Shown: piece after piece, positions 36,194-45,482 of the stretch | Layout: every line of letters starts with the position of its first letter | How positions within the stretch are numbered: the stretch's first letter is position 1 | From: Bacteroidales bacterium | GTDB taxonomy: Bacteria > Bacteroidota > Bacteroidia > Bacteroidales > WCHB1-69 | Length of the DNA: 57,342 bases | NCBI GenBank assembly: GCA_017964755.1 | Contig: JAGCRI010000176.1 | Location: 1-57,342, forward strand | Reading direction: 5' to 3' | The notes under the pieces: model-generated | The model's database searches: none | Told to the model about the DNA's origin: nothing | What the model saw: only the letters and a program-made list of their open reading frames with translations | Program-made: the position numbers and the translations under genes

Positions 36194-38437
36194 CTACGCG
36201 TAACTGTGCAACCCGCCAAGCAGGAAATTGACACCAAAATAGGTGAACAACACCGACAGAAAAGCCACAGCCATATAAACATGGAAAAAGACAGGATTAT
36301 TAAATTTTGCAAGAACACGGCTATGAAGCGGCATCGCGTAAACAAGCAGGGTAATCAGCGCCCACACCTCCTTCGGGTCCCACGACCAATAAGTGCCCCA
36401 TGAGACATTAGCCCACACCGCACCGACAAAGATCCCCGTTGCGAGCAGGAAAACGGCAGGATAGAGCATCACCGTGCTTACAAGTTGGAGCCGCTGCAAG
36501 TGTTCGGAGTCTGTGGGGCGTTTCAGCAGTTTTGCTCCGCCGACAAGACCTAATGCAGCAAAACCGTTAAGGGCGATGAAAGCCAGCAGCGCGTAAGAAG
36601 TCATGATGACAGCAACGTGAATGGAGAGCAGCGGCGAGTCCAAGACGGGCATAAGATGCGTGATTGACGGGTTTGCTCCGCCCATCATTGCTACCAAAAG
36701 TGCGAAACCGGTCAGCAGCAGCCCGCAGGAGACCGCCAGCGGGTGACGGCGGCTGAGTGCGAGTCCGAGTATTGCAGCGCAAAGGGCAAGAAAGGTCATC
36801 GTCTCATATCCGTTGCCCATAGGAATATGCCCCGAAACATACCAACGCAGGGCAAAAACCGCTGTCAGATAGAGAGATAGCAACGACAGGGCAGCCGTTC
36901 CAGCAATTTTTGCATATCGCGAATATGGTTTGGAAAGTCCCAAACAGAACAAGGAATAGGCGAAGAAAACAAGTCCTATGAGAATGGTGATAATGGCAGC
37001 CAAACGCCCGACTGACAACGAGTTGTAGAGCCGCTCCGCCGCTGCCCTACCCTTTGACGGAAGATAATCGCCCGCATTTTTCTTCTGATAAACCAGCGTC
37101 TTTTCCCAAAGTGTGTCAAGTGCGGCAAAGTCCTGTGTAAGAGCAAGTTCCTGACTATAACCGATATAGTATCTGATAAATGCGAACTCTTTTTCGTCAA
37201 TTGAAAGCGGCAGGTAGTCGGACTGCGAAACCCAAACCGGCGCGCCCACCGAATCCCGAACTGGAAAGATCTTCAAAAGTTCGCCGCCATAGAGCATCAT
37301 GATTATGTTGAATTTCTCGTCAGCCGCCAATAACTTTGAACGCTGCGGGTTGCTGAACCCCATGGTGTCGAGCGCGGTTTTCAACTTATAATTTCCGTAT
37401 TCGTCAGAGAAATCAGAAAGCGAAGCATATTTCCCGTCAATTCCGAGCAGAGTTTTCGCAAAATCACCCTTGATTTTGAACATCGGTTCCTTACTCCAAT
37501 CGCTAAAGTAGAACATCCAGCCGCTGAAAACCTGTTCCGAAGTGAATCCCCGGTAGGTCGGCGCCCCGTAAAGTTTTGTCGTAAAATCCTTTGCCAGAGT
37601 CTGTAACGGGCAAATTCTTCCGTTGTAGGATACAAACATCCCGCCCATCTTCTCCGCCGACTCTTTCGGAAGCGTACGGGGCATTTTCAGCGCAGCGACA
37701 GAATCCAACGGCATGAAAGTCATTAAAATAAGGACAATCACCGCAGAAGAAGCCGTTTTCGCAGAAATCTCTTTCAAAATCTTCCTGAAATTGCTCTTTT
37801 TATCAAAGAGTAACATGATAAAAGAACAGAAAAGAAGAATATATCCCGCATAATTCAGCCCGATGCCCCAAGGATCGTGCGCCACAGTAAGCCGCACGTT
37901 GCCCGCAAGGTCATATCCCGACTGATAAAAACGATAACCATTATACTTTGCGATATGGTTCATCGAAATGCGTGCTTCTTTTGTGGAATTATCCGAATTT
38001 CTGAATATTACATCACTCACAAAATCCTGTGGGGTATTTGTTCCCGGATAATTGACAACCTCAAAATTTTGCAATTCAACAGAAAACGGAAGCCGGTAAA
38101 CCACATCATTTTTTGTTTGTGAAACAAACTCTGACGAAGCTTTCTGCACACTCACCATCATCTTGCCCGACTGCGCCGTGAACGCTGTAACAATCATTCC
38201 TGCAATTATCAAAACTAAAGAGAAATGCAAAACAACCGTTTGCCAGCGGAGATATAACTTATTCTTTATCAATAAAACAGATGAAAAGACAACCAAAATC
38301 GCCCAAAGAGCGTGAAACCAATACGCATGATAGATATGGTTCAAAGCAAAAGCCGACCCATAAATTTTTTCAACAAATGTGCCGACAACCAAAACAATGA
38401 TTGTCAGCACCATAAGCAAAGTGAATAGTCTTTTCAT
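36194..38437 (-). CDS. ccsBA: Fused System II cytochrome c synthase CcsBA (ResB-like N-terminus plus CcsA C-terminus)
   Basis: The protein is 747 aa. The ResB-like part has TM helices and a large periplasmic domain. The C-terminal part carries the WWD motif WGTYWSWDPKEVWAL and conserved His-containing helices. Confidence 0.8.
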   Translation of the reverse strand: MKRLFTLLMVLTIIVLVVGTFVEKIYGSAFALNHIYHAYWFHALWAILVVFSSVLLIKNKLYLRWQTVVLHFSLVLIIAGMIVTAFTAQSGKMMVSVQKASSEFVSQTKNDVVYRLPFSVELQNFEVVNYPGTNTPQDFVSDVIFRNSDNSTKEARISMNHIAKYNGYRFYQSGYDLAGNVRLTVAHDPWGIGLNYAGYILLFCSFIMLLFDKKSNFRKILKEISAKTASSAVIVLILMTFMPLDSVAALKMPRTLPKESAEKMGGMFVSYNGRICPLQTLAKDFTTKLYGAPTYRGFTSEQVFSGWMFYFSDWSKEPMFKIKGDFAKTLLGIDGKYASLSDFSDEYGNYKLKTALDTMGFSNPQRSKLLAADEKFNIIMMLYGGELLKIFPVRDSVGAPVWVSQSDYLPLSIDEKEFAFIRYYIGYSQELALTQDFAALDTLWEKTLVYQKKNAGDYLPSKGRAAAERLYNSLSVGRLAAIITILIGLVFFAYSLFCLGLSKPYSRYAKIAGTAALSLLSLYLTAVFALRWYVSGHIPMGNGYETMTFLALCAAILGLALSRRHPLAVSCGLLLTGFALLVAMMGGANPSITHLMPVLDSPLLSIHVAVIMTSYALLAFIALNGFAALGLVGGAKLLKRPTDSEHLQRLQLVSTVMLYPAVFLLATGIFVGAVWANVSWGTYWSWDPKEVWALITLLVYAMPLHSRVLAKFNNPVFFHVYMAVAFLSVLFTYFGVNFLLGGLHSYA

Positions 38438-38448
38438 AATAAATAAAG

Positions 38449-40035
38449 TTAGATAGCATTGATAAATTGTACTATAGCATCCCTGTCAGATTTGCTGAGC
38501 GAGCGGAATTTTTCCACAGTCCAGCGGGCATCACTCTCGGAACTTCCGTGCCACATAATCGCCTCGATGACGTTACGGGCGCGGCAATCGTGCATACGGT
38601 CGGCGGCTCCTGTGCAAATGGAGGAGAGTCCCCTACCCCACAAAGGCGTGGTTCTGCACCAGCCTGTGCGGATGTCGTTCTTCATGTGCAGTTTGTGCTG
38701 TATCATGTCAGAATAAGGCCAAATCTTCTGGTGAGGGTAACGCGGCAAACGTTGGTCGCCTGTGGTAAAGAAGCCGTTTGGATCGGTAAAACGGTCGTTG
38801 CCGGTGGTCCAACTCGGACGGTGACAAGTGGCGCAACCGATTTCGCGGAAGAGTTGGCGTCCGCGCTGTACTTTGATATCCTCAAGGTCTCTGGCTGCAG
38901 GCACCGCCAGACCACGATGCCAAATCATAAGATTAGCATAGTCGTCACCACTCATCTCAACAGGTAATTCCTTTGACATCAAGTAGTTATAAATATCTGT
39001 CTCTACATTGCCTGTAATATTATATTCAGGATAATAGTTGTAGAACTCAGCCTGAACATCGGGGTCTTTTGAAGCGACTGAAGCGTATGTTGCCGTCATA
39101 TAATGGTAGCGGCGGTCTTTTCGGGTAACATTTGTGATATTCCAAATTGCATTGGCGCCAGGCCCGTCTTGAAGCGGTCCGCGCGTGAGGGCGTAGGTGA
39201 AGCGCAACGGATGACCTGAGTTTTGGTACGTCTTCGCCCAGTCGGAACCTGTCCAGATTGCAGGATTCAGCTTTGCACCTGCATCGTACTCGCGCTGATA
39301 TTGCGCCTTGAGAGAATCATCTGGAATGGCATCTAAAAGCCCTGTCCCGTAAATGCCGATAGTTGACTCCAGACGAACAATCTCACTGCCGTACGGCACA
39401 GGCGTTTCGCCCACGTGCAACGGCACATAATACGCGGATGCAGGAATATGCACATCAGGATAAATGAGGCTGTAAGTTTCTCCGTCAGGGAATTTGTTAC
39501 CCCATTCATCTGTGTATGGCAGCCAGCTGATTTGAATCTGACTCTCGTCAATAGGAGCCTTGAATGGATACACAGCCTTGGTCTGCGGCATACCTGTGAG
39601 TGAAGCCACATAATTGTCGTTCTGGTCTGTAACCACAAGCAGATACCCGTTACCCCAGTCATCTGCGGCATATCTGTCCATCCGCCTGCCGTGTCCGTAC
39701 CCCGGGTGGCACGCGACACAGGAACTTCTAATGTAGAGAGGTCCCAACCCTTTGAAAGGCTCTGTATTCTGGGTAAAATTACGCTCAAAAAGATACTCGC
39801 CATACTTAAATGCGGCAATGTCGCTGACAGCGGGAGCCGGGTCTTCATACGCCGATGACGAACGGTTGAAGGTTGTTCCCAACTTACCGCCAGCGTATGT
39901 TTCCTCTTCGAGCCATGAAAGTTGTTCTTCTGTGATTTCCTCTTTTTTCCTGCAGCCTCCAAAAATAATGACGGCTGCGAGGAGAGAGATTGAGATTGTA
40001 ATTAGTGGTCTGTTTTTCATAATCATAATTTTCAA
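38449..40035 (-). CDS. DUF1111-family di-haem c-type protein (putative peroxidase / thiol oxidoreductase), lipoprotein
   Basis: The lipobox is FGGC. There are two CXXCH motifs (SCVACHPG and GCATCHRP). The length and motif spacing are typical of DUF1111. The exact start among three nearby Met codons is uncertain. Confidence 0.75.
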   Translation of the reverse strand: MKIMIMKNRPLITISISLLAAVIIFGGCRKKEEITEEQLSWLEEETYAGGKLGTTFNRSSSAYEDPAPAVSDIAAFKYGEYLFERNFTQNTEPFKGLGPLYIRSSCVACHPGYGHGRRMDRYAADDWGNGYLLVVTDQNDNYVASLTGMPQTKAVYPFKAPIDESQIQISWLPYTDEWGNKFPDGETYSLIYPDVHIPASAYYVPLHVGETPVPYGSEIVRLESTIGIYGTGLLDAIPDDSLKAQYQREYDAGAKLNPAIWTGSDWAKTYQNSGHPLRFTYALTRGPLQDGPGANAIWNITNVTRKDRRYHYMTATYASVASKDPDVQAEFYNYYPEYNITGNVETDIYNYLMSKELPVEMSGDDYANLMIWHRGLAVPAARDLEDIKVQRGRQLFREIGCATCHRPSWTTGNDRFTDPNGFFTTGDQRLPRYPHQKIWPYSDMIQHKLHMKNDIRTGWCRTTPLWGRGLSSICTGAADRMHDCRARNVIEAIMWHGSSESDARWTVEKFRSLSKSDRDAIVQFINAI

Positions 40036-40051
40036 TATGCAATAATACTAT

Positions 40052-41206
40052 TTAATTTTCACTTAAGGCCCTATTCACTTCTGAAAACACATCGTCAAGG
40101 TGCTGGCAGGCAGCAGCGGCAGTTCCGTTGGCAGCATCCTGATAGTTTTGTACGAACGGCACCGACATCGCCTTAATCTTGCTTTTCGCATTGTTGATTG
40201 CCGCAACAACCTTGGCATCAATATCGGCATTCAAAGTTTTCACATAATTGTGAAGCGAATATGTCTCATTGCGCTGCCCCTCAATTCCTCCATAATAAGC
40301 ATTTTCTATACTTATTATATTATTGTAAAAATCTTCTATCGACTTGTGGCTGTACGGAGATTCAATGTAATTAGGGTTTTCACCGTTATATGGTTTGCCA
40401 ATTTTTGACGTGCCCACCTCATCAGCGATTGTCTTGCAGCCGTCAATAATTTCCATAAGACCGCTCACGCTGCTTGTATAGGTGCTTCCTATTGTACCCG
40501 CTTTCATCAGATTCTGCCCATAGCTGAAATTTCCGCCGTTGACAGTCGAGTTGAGTTCCAATTCCTCCACTTTGTCGCGGTGCGCTTTCGCAGCAGACTT
40601 GCCAATCAAGCTGACTGCGAGTTGGAAGCAGCGGTTACGGAGGTCGCCCGCCACGGCAATGGCATAAATCAGGTCAAGGTCGCTGATGGCATTCGCGCTT
40701 TTAGGACTTCCGTTTTCAAAAAGTATGTACTCAATGCCGTGGAAGCCGAGAAGCGAATTGCCAAGTTTCTCACCCGCATACACATCACCATCCTCGCCGT
40801 CCATAGCCTGAATCTGTGTTTCGTTAAGCATCATAGTGTTGAAAGCGTCAACGTCAAGCGGCCACGAGTCGATGTGCGGGTCAATCCCAAAATCGGAGGC
40901 GGCACCGAAAAGGAAAGCCTCACTTTTCTCCCACCACTCGCGGGCAGTAAGGAATGTGTTACATACTTTCGACACGTTTGCGTCTGTCTTGTCCGCTCGG
41001 AGTGCAACCATCTCCTCTACCAATTTTTCGGTATAGTTTGCCAAATTTGTATATGTCGGCGCAACCGTATGATTCACAAACTGCTCAATGATAGCAACTT
41101 GAGTAGCATCTGTAAGTTCCAATCCCTCTTCTTTCTTTTTACATGAAGGAAGAACAATTGCAAGTGCAATAACTGCAACAATGATTTTCGTAATACATTT
41201 TTTCAT
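40052..41206 (-). CDS. Imelysin-family (peptidase M75-like, IrpA-like) lipoprotein
   Basis: The lipobox is LPSC. DSWPLD and GFHGIEYILF (HxxE) motifs are present. The start was trimmed to the ATG at 41206 (MKKCITKII), which removes the overlap with the upstream gene. Confidence 0.7.
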   Translation of the reverse strand: MKKCITKIIVAVIALAIVLPSCKKKEEGLELTDATQVAIIEQFVNHTVAPTYTNLANYTEKLVEEMVALRADKTDANVSKVCNTFLTAREWWEKSEAFLFGAASDFGIDPHIDSWPLDVDAFNTMMLNETQIQAMDGEDGDVYAGEKLGNSLLGFHGIEYILFENGSPKSANAISDLDLIYAIAVAGDLRNRCFQLAVSLIGKSAAKAHRDKVEELELNSTVNGGNFSYGQNLMKAGTIGSTYTSSVSGLMEIIDGCKTIADEVGTSKIGKPYNGENPNYIESPYSHKSIEDFYNNIISIENAYYGGIEGQRNETYSLHNYVKTLNADIDAKVVAAINNAKSKIKAMSVPFVQNYQDAANGTAAAACQHLDDVFSEVNRALSEN

Positions 41207-41228
41207 GTGACAAAATTTTAATGATGAA

Positions 41229-42569
41229 TTATTTTTTATTATGTTTTTTCTCAAAATCTTTTTTAAAGAATCCTGCCCACGTTGCGCCAAGTGCAAACCA
41301 CGGCTCATGATTGTATTGTGAGCGGAGAAGTCTTATCCCTCCTTCAGCCTTGATAGTTATCTCCTTGATTGGGCGATAGTTAACACCACCGCTTATGCAA
41401 TGGCGTTCAGTCCACGGATAAGGTGTGGCATCGGCGACAGGAATGTACGAGTCGTAATATTCATAACGGGCGAAAAGGTATAATTTCTGGCTTGCGACAC
41501 GATCTTTTTTAGAGAGCGAGAAGAAATCGAAGCCAGCCTCAATTCCAGCCGACCACGCTGCCTTGCCGACCAAAGTGTGAGGATATGGCGACTGTGAACT
41601 GTTGACTTGCGAAGCGTTGTAAGTGGAAATCAGCCCTGCATCGGAGAGCCAGCCGTAGAGTCCGCTGCCGCGCATGAGGAAACCTTTTGCCTGATATTTG
41701 AAATCCAATGAAGCGATTGCCACCGTTCCCTTAACTTTTGCATAATTTGTTGATTTGCCGTCAGTTACAAGATCATTACGGAAACAGTTTCCTACGAAGC
41801 CGCTGATTCCGATGCGGAAGCCTTTAAGGCTGCTGTTATCAACACGCGCCGCGACTGCCAACTTGTTCGCGACTCTGAACTCGTATGGTGAGGCGGAGCC
41901 GTCGTGCACCCAACCGGAAGCGTTAAACATATTGGAGTTCAGCGAAGGAATCACCATCAGGTCATAACGCCAGCCTTTGACCTTGCCCCACAGCTCAATT
42001 CCCGTCTCATGCCATGTGCATGGAATTATAGTATTCTCACCCTCAGGACGATAGACGCCGAAAAACTCACTCGGCAGGTGAGCGTTATTTGTCGCCCCGA
42101 CTGGCACCACAAGGTGACCGAGCCTTATGTTGATTTTTGAATCCAAAAAAGACTTCTGAATCCAGAACTGCTCAAGCGCAACCTCGCCGCCACGCTCAAT
42201 TTCCTTTTCAAACTCACCGGTCTCCTCCGCCTCAATCTCCACCGCCGCCTCAGCACCGCCGTGTTCAAACTCAATTTCAGAATTGAACGACCACCCCTTG
42301 CCGAAATCATAACCGAGCATAAAGACTGCATGCGGCAAATCCACCCGCCCGTGCCCCTTCGAGTTTGCATAGTTTTCGGCATGAGAATAGCGGAACATAT
42401 TGTCGCTGTAGAAATTATACTTATAGACAGCCTCGCCATATCCGCCCACCGTGAGCCGCGAAGCACGCACTCTCACGCTATCTTTCGCAAGAGTATCTTT
42501 AGTTGACTGTGAATCAACATATTGAATAAAAAGAAAAGTGCAAATTATCAGCAAAAATATCCTTTTCAT
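41229..42569 (-). CDS. Outer-membrane beta-barrel (porin-like) protein
   Basis: It has the signal peptide MKRIFLLIICTFLFIQYVDSQ, alternating-strand composition and a C-terminal aromatic region (GATWAGFF). The start was trimmed to 42569. Confidence 0.6.
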   Translation of the reverse strand: MKRIFLLIICTFLFIQYVDSQSTKDTLAKDSVRVRASRLTVGGYGEAVYKYNFYSDNMFRYSHAENYANSKGHGRVDLPHAVFMLGYDFGKGWSFNSEIEFEHGGAEAAVEIEAEETGEFEKEIERGGEVALEQFWIQKSFLDSKINIRLGHLVVPVGATNNAHLPSEFFGVYRPEGENTIIPCTWHETGIELWGKVKGWRYDLMVIPSLNSNMFNASGWVHDGSASPYEFRVANKLAVAARVDNSSLKGFRIGISGFVGNCFRNDLVTDGKSTNYAKVKGTVAIASLDFKYQAKGFLMRGSGLYGWLSDAGLISTYNASQVNSSQSPYPHTLVGKAAWSAGIEAGFDFFSLSKKDRVASQKLYLFARYEYYDSYIPVADATPYPWTERHCISGGVNYRPIKEITIKAEGGIRLLRSQYNHEPWFALGATWAGFFKKDFEKKHNKK

Positions 42570-42589
42570 CTCACCTGATTTTGAATTTG

Positions 42590-42597
42590 CAAATGTA
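42590..42597 (-). promoter_or_regulatory. TAnnTTTG -7 box for the barrel-imelysin-DUF1111-ccsBA operon
   Basis: The reverse complement reads TACATTTG, 21 nt upstream of the ATG at 42569. Confidence 0.45.
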
Positions 42598-42966
42598 AGC
42601 CTGCACAAACACGCCGGACATACCTATTTTTAATGAATATTTGCAGATTAAGTAATCAAAAGTAGTGATGAGAATATCGTCTTATACTGAAAAAAGTTTG
42701 CACTTTATGGAGCTCTAACCAGAAGTGAAGTAAGAGAAAAAAATAATTACAGAAAAATACAAGCGGGAAATGTAAAATAATTTTCATCTTTGTATAACTG
42801 CAATGATAAAAATATTATATTTGGCAATGCAAAAAATTCACGCCATGCACCACACCATGAACCGGTTCTCAAAAATGTTATTATTTTTCTACGCATTTTA
42901 TGATTCTCAATACGGCATTAAAGGCAATAATGATTGCTTATTATTCTGAAACCCTTCACATTGCGT

Positions 42967-44523
42967 ATGACTAAAACGAAATCCCTTATTGCAGCGATAT
43001 TGTTCTTATCATTTTTGCGGCTTGATGCGCAAAGGTTTGTAACCGTTACAGATACAATATCGTTAAACACTTACGGCTATTTCAATCGGTTTTCCCGGAT
43101 ATGGCTTAAAAACAACATCGCCAAATATCGAAATTACTATTTTTGTGCTTTTTATGAGACACATTTATACGACTACAATTTTGAAAAATATCACATATTA
43201 GCTTTTTCCGAAGACGGAACTGATGTGCGAAAAGTGGAATTACCCGAACGTGCCTGTAGTCATTTTGATCATTCTGCTATTTTTACGCGTAACGACACTC
43301 TTTTTCTAAAAGGTTATTATTCTTTGTGCCCGCATTACTTTTTTGATTTTGACAATTGGAAATGGATTCCTTTGGATTTCTTTTCTAACGTTATATATGA
43401 AGATGAAATATATAGTGTTATCCCTTACGAACGGGAATGGGGACCATACACTTGTTTCATTAATAAAGAACCGACATGGAGGCATGAAATACGGGATGGC
43501 ATTCAACACACTGAACTGACAAATCGGCTGTATCTATATTGTAACACAATCAAAAGACTCATAAGAAAAGGAAATTCCTATTTTATAGTGCATCATTATG
43601 GAGCAGATAGTTTGAATCTGTCAAAAAGCCCTGGTAATCTCATTTATGTTAAATCAGACCTCTCAGATTTAAGTGGAAGATTGGATTGTTCAAATAATTA
43701 CAAGAAGAATTTCATACCTATTATTCGTTTTTCCACGAAAAAAAATGCAAAAGGATGGAAAAAACATGAATATGACACTACTTTCAACAACGCCTTTCTT
43801 TTTGACAACCAAATATTTTATGTAACCTCCACCCCACTATCGTCATTAATAACAAAGATTGAAGACGGCAAATTGAAAACTGTCGTTGACTTCGGCGGAC
43901 AATTCAATTTTTACATATTAAAAAACACCGGAGTCAATTTCGCAAACAATAAATGCATCACTGCATTTGAACAAAATGCCAATACATACGGTTTTATGGA
44001 TATTGCTGACAGCCTGATTCATATCCGCTATTTTATTCACGATCAGGATTCTATCAAATTTATACATTCCGACAGCATTCAGCTGCTTCTGCAATTTCTT
44101 TTTGCAAACCTGCCTGACATAAATTTTCATACACTTGACAGTTTTGCAAACCATATTGGAGCAATGTGCAATAATGAGATTTTACTGCTACGCAACAAAT
44201 ATTTTCCAGATAAATACCAAGATGACGCAAAATACGGCAAAATCAGTTATTATGCAAAAATCAATGACGAGCAAATTTTGTCGTGCGAATACTGCATTAA
44301 CAAGTCGGATTCAACTGTCAAGGCATTGTTTTGGAAATGGCTGGAACCCAACATGACCAATATATACGATAATAAGTTCAGCACGACTAAAAAACATAAA
44401 ATCATCAGCATAATAAACAAAATCACAGGCACGCCCCCAAAACGTGAAAAAGACTGTAACGTATGGGTTTATAATAACCTGACTTGTGAATTGTACGATA
44501 ACGGAAGAATGGTGATATATTAG
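42967..44523 (+). CDS. Secreted hypothetical protein (518 aa), visibly AT-rich orphan gene
   Basis: The signal peptide is MTKTKSLIAAILFLSFLRLDAQ. The protein is rich in Asn, Lys, Tyr, Phe and Ile, and no family motif was recognised. Confidence 0.6.
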   Translation: MTKTKSLIAAILFLSFLRLDAQRFVTVTDTISLNTYGYFNRFSRIWLKNNIAKYRNYYFCAFYETHLYDYNFEKYHILAFSEDGTDVRKVELPERACSHFDHSAIFTRNDTLFLKGYYSLCPHYFFDFDNWKWIPLDFFSNVIYEDEIYSVIPYEREWGPYTCFINKEPTWRHEIRDGIQHTELTNRLYLYCNTIKRLIRKGNSYFIVHHYGADSLNLSKSPGNLIYVKSDLSDLSGRLDCSNNYKKNFIPIIRFSTKKNAKGWKKHEYDTTFNNAFLFDNQIFYVTSTPLSSLITKIEDGKLKTVVDFGGQFNFYILKNTGVNFANNKCITAFEQNANTYGFMDIADSLIHIRYFIHDQDSIKFIHSDSIQLLLQFLFANLPDINFHTLDSFANHIGAMCNNEILLLRNKYFPDKYQDDAKYGKISYYAKINDEQILSCEYCINKSDSTVKALFWKWLEPNMTNIYDNKFSTTKKHKIISIINKITGTPPKREKDCNVWVYNNLTCELYDNGRMVIY

Positions 44524-44541
44524 AAAGCCGTCAAGAAAGAA

Positions 44542-44549
44542 TAATTTTG
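44542..44549 (+). promoter_or_regulatory. TAnnTTTG -7 box for the rnf operon
   Basis: TAATTTTG lies 88 nt upstream of the GTG at 44637. Confidence 0.35.
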
Positions 44550-44636
44550 CATAAAAAACAAAAAGTTTCAAAAAATAATTGAAAAAAAAGTGGTAATTTT
44601 ACGGCATAATTTTCATAACCTAACAAAGGAGGCAAA

Positions 44637-45452
44637 GTGGCTGGAAACACTATTATTTTGGCTGTAGTTATTTTGGGTGTCATAGGCTTGGTGGCTGCGA
44701 TACTCTTGTTTTTTATTTCAAAGGCATTCAAAGTCGAGGAGAACCCGCTGATAGATGATGTGGCTGCCCAACTGCCCGGTGCGAACTGCGGCGGCTGCGG
44801 CTTCGCAGGATGCCGCGGGCTTGCGGAGGCGATTGTGAAAGCCGGCAACCTCGAAGGTCTGCGCTGCCCCGCAGGCGGCAACAGCACTATGGAGAATATC
44901 GCCAAAATCATGGGCTTGGAAGCTGTCGCTGCCGAACCTATGGTCGCGGTGGTGCGCTGTAACGGCAGCTGCGAGAACGCACCGGCAAAAGTCAACTACG
45001 ACTCAATGCCAAGCTGCTTTTTCGCCAATTCGCTCTACGCCGGAGAAAGCGCATGCCCGTACGGCTGCCTCGGCTGCGGCGACTGTGTTGGCTCGTGCCA
45101 GTTCAACGCCCTCCACATCGACCCCGTCACAAAACTGCCGGTCGTTGATGTGAACGCGTGCGTGGGATGCGGCGCCTGCGTCAAAAACTGCCCGCGCCAT
45201 ATAATCGAATTGAGGTTTAAAGGCACGGAAGGACGCGTGTATGTGACCTGCATGAACAAGGAGAAAGGCCCCGTGGCTAAGAAGAACTGCTCCGCCGCCT
45301 GTATCGGCTGCGGCAAATGCGCTAAAAACTGTCCCGCCGAAGCAATCACAGTGCAAGACAGCCTCGCATATATCGACTTCCGCAAATGCACACTGTGCCA
45401 AACCTGCGTTTCGGGCTGTCCGACAGGCGCAATCAAATTCAGCAATTTATAA
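44637..45452 (+). CDS. rnfB: Rnf electron transport complex subunit B
   Basis: It has an N-terminal TM helix, the CGGCGFAGC cluster motif and several CxxCxxCxxxCP ferredoxin motifs. Confidence 0.85.
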   Translation: MAGNTIILAVVILGVIGLVAAILLFFISKAFKVEENPLIDDVAAQLPGANCGGCGFAGCRGLAEAIVKAGNLEGLRCPAGGNSTMENIAKIMGLEAVAAEPMVAVVRCNGSCENAPAKVNYDSMPSCFFANSLYAGESACPYGCLGCGDCVGSCQFNALHIDPVTKLPVVDVNACVGCGACVKNCPRHIIELRFKGTEGRVYVTCMNKEKGPVAKKNCSAACIGCGKCAKNCPAEAITVQDSLAYIDFRKCTLCQTCVSGCPTGAIKFSNL

Positions 45453-45482
45453 ATCATTGATAGATAATCTTTTATATACAAT

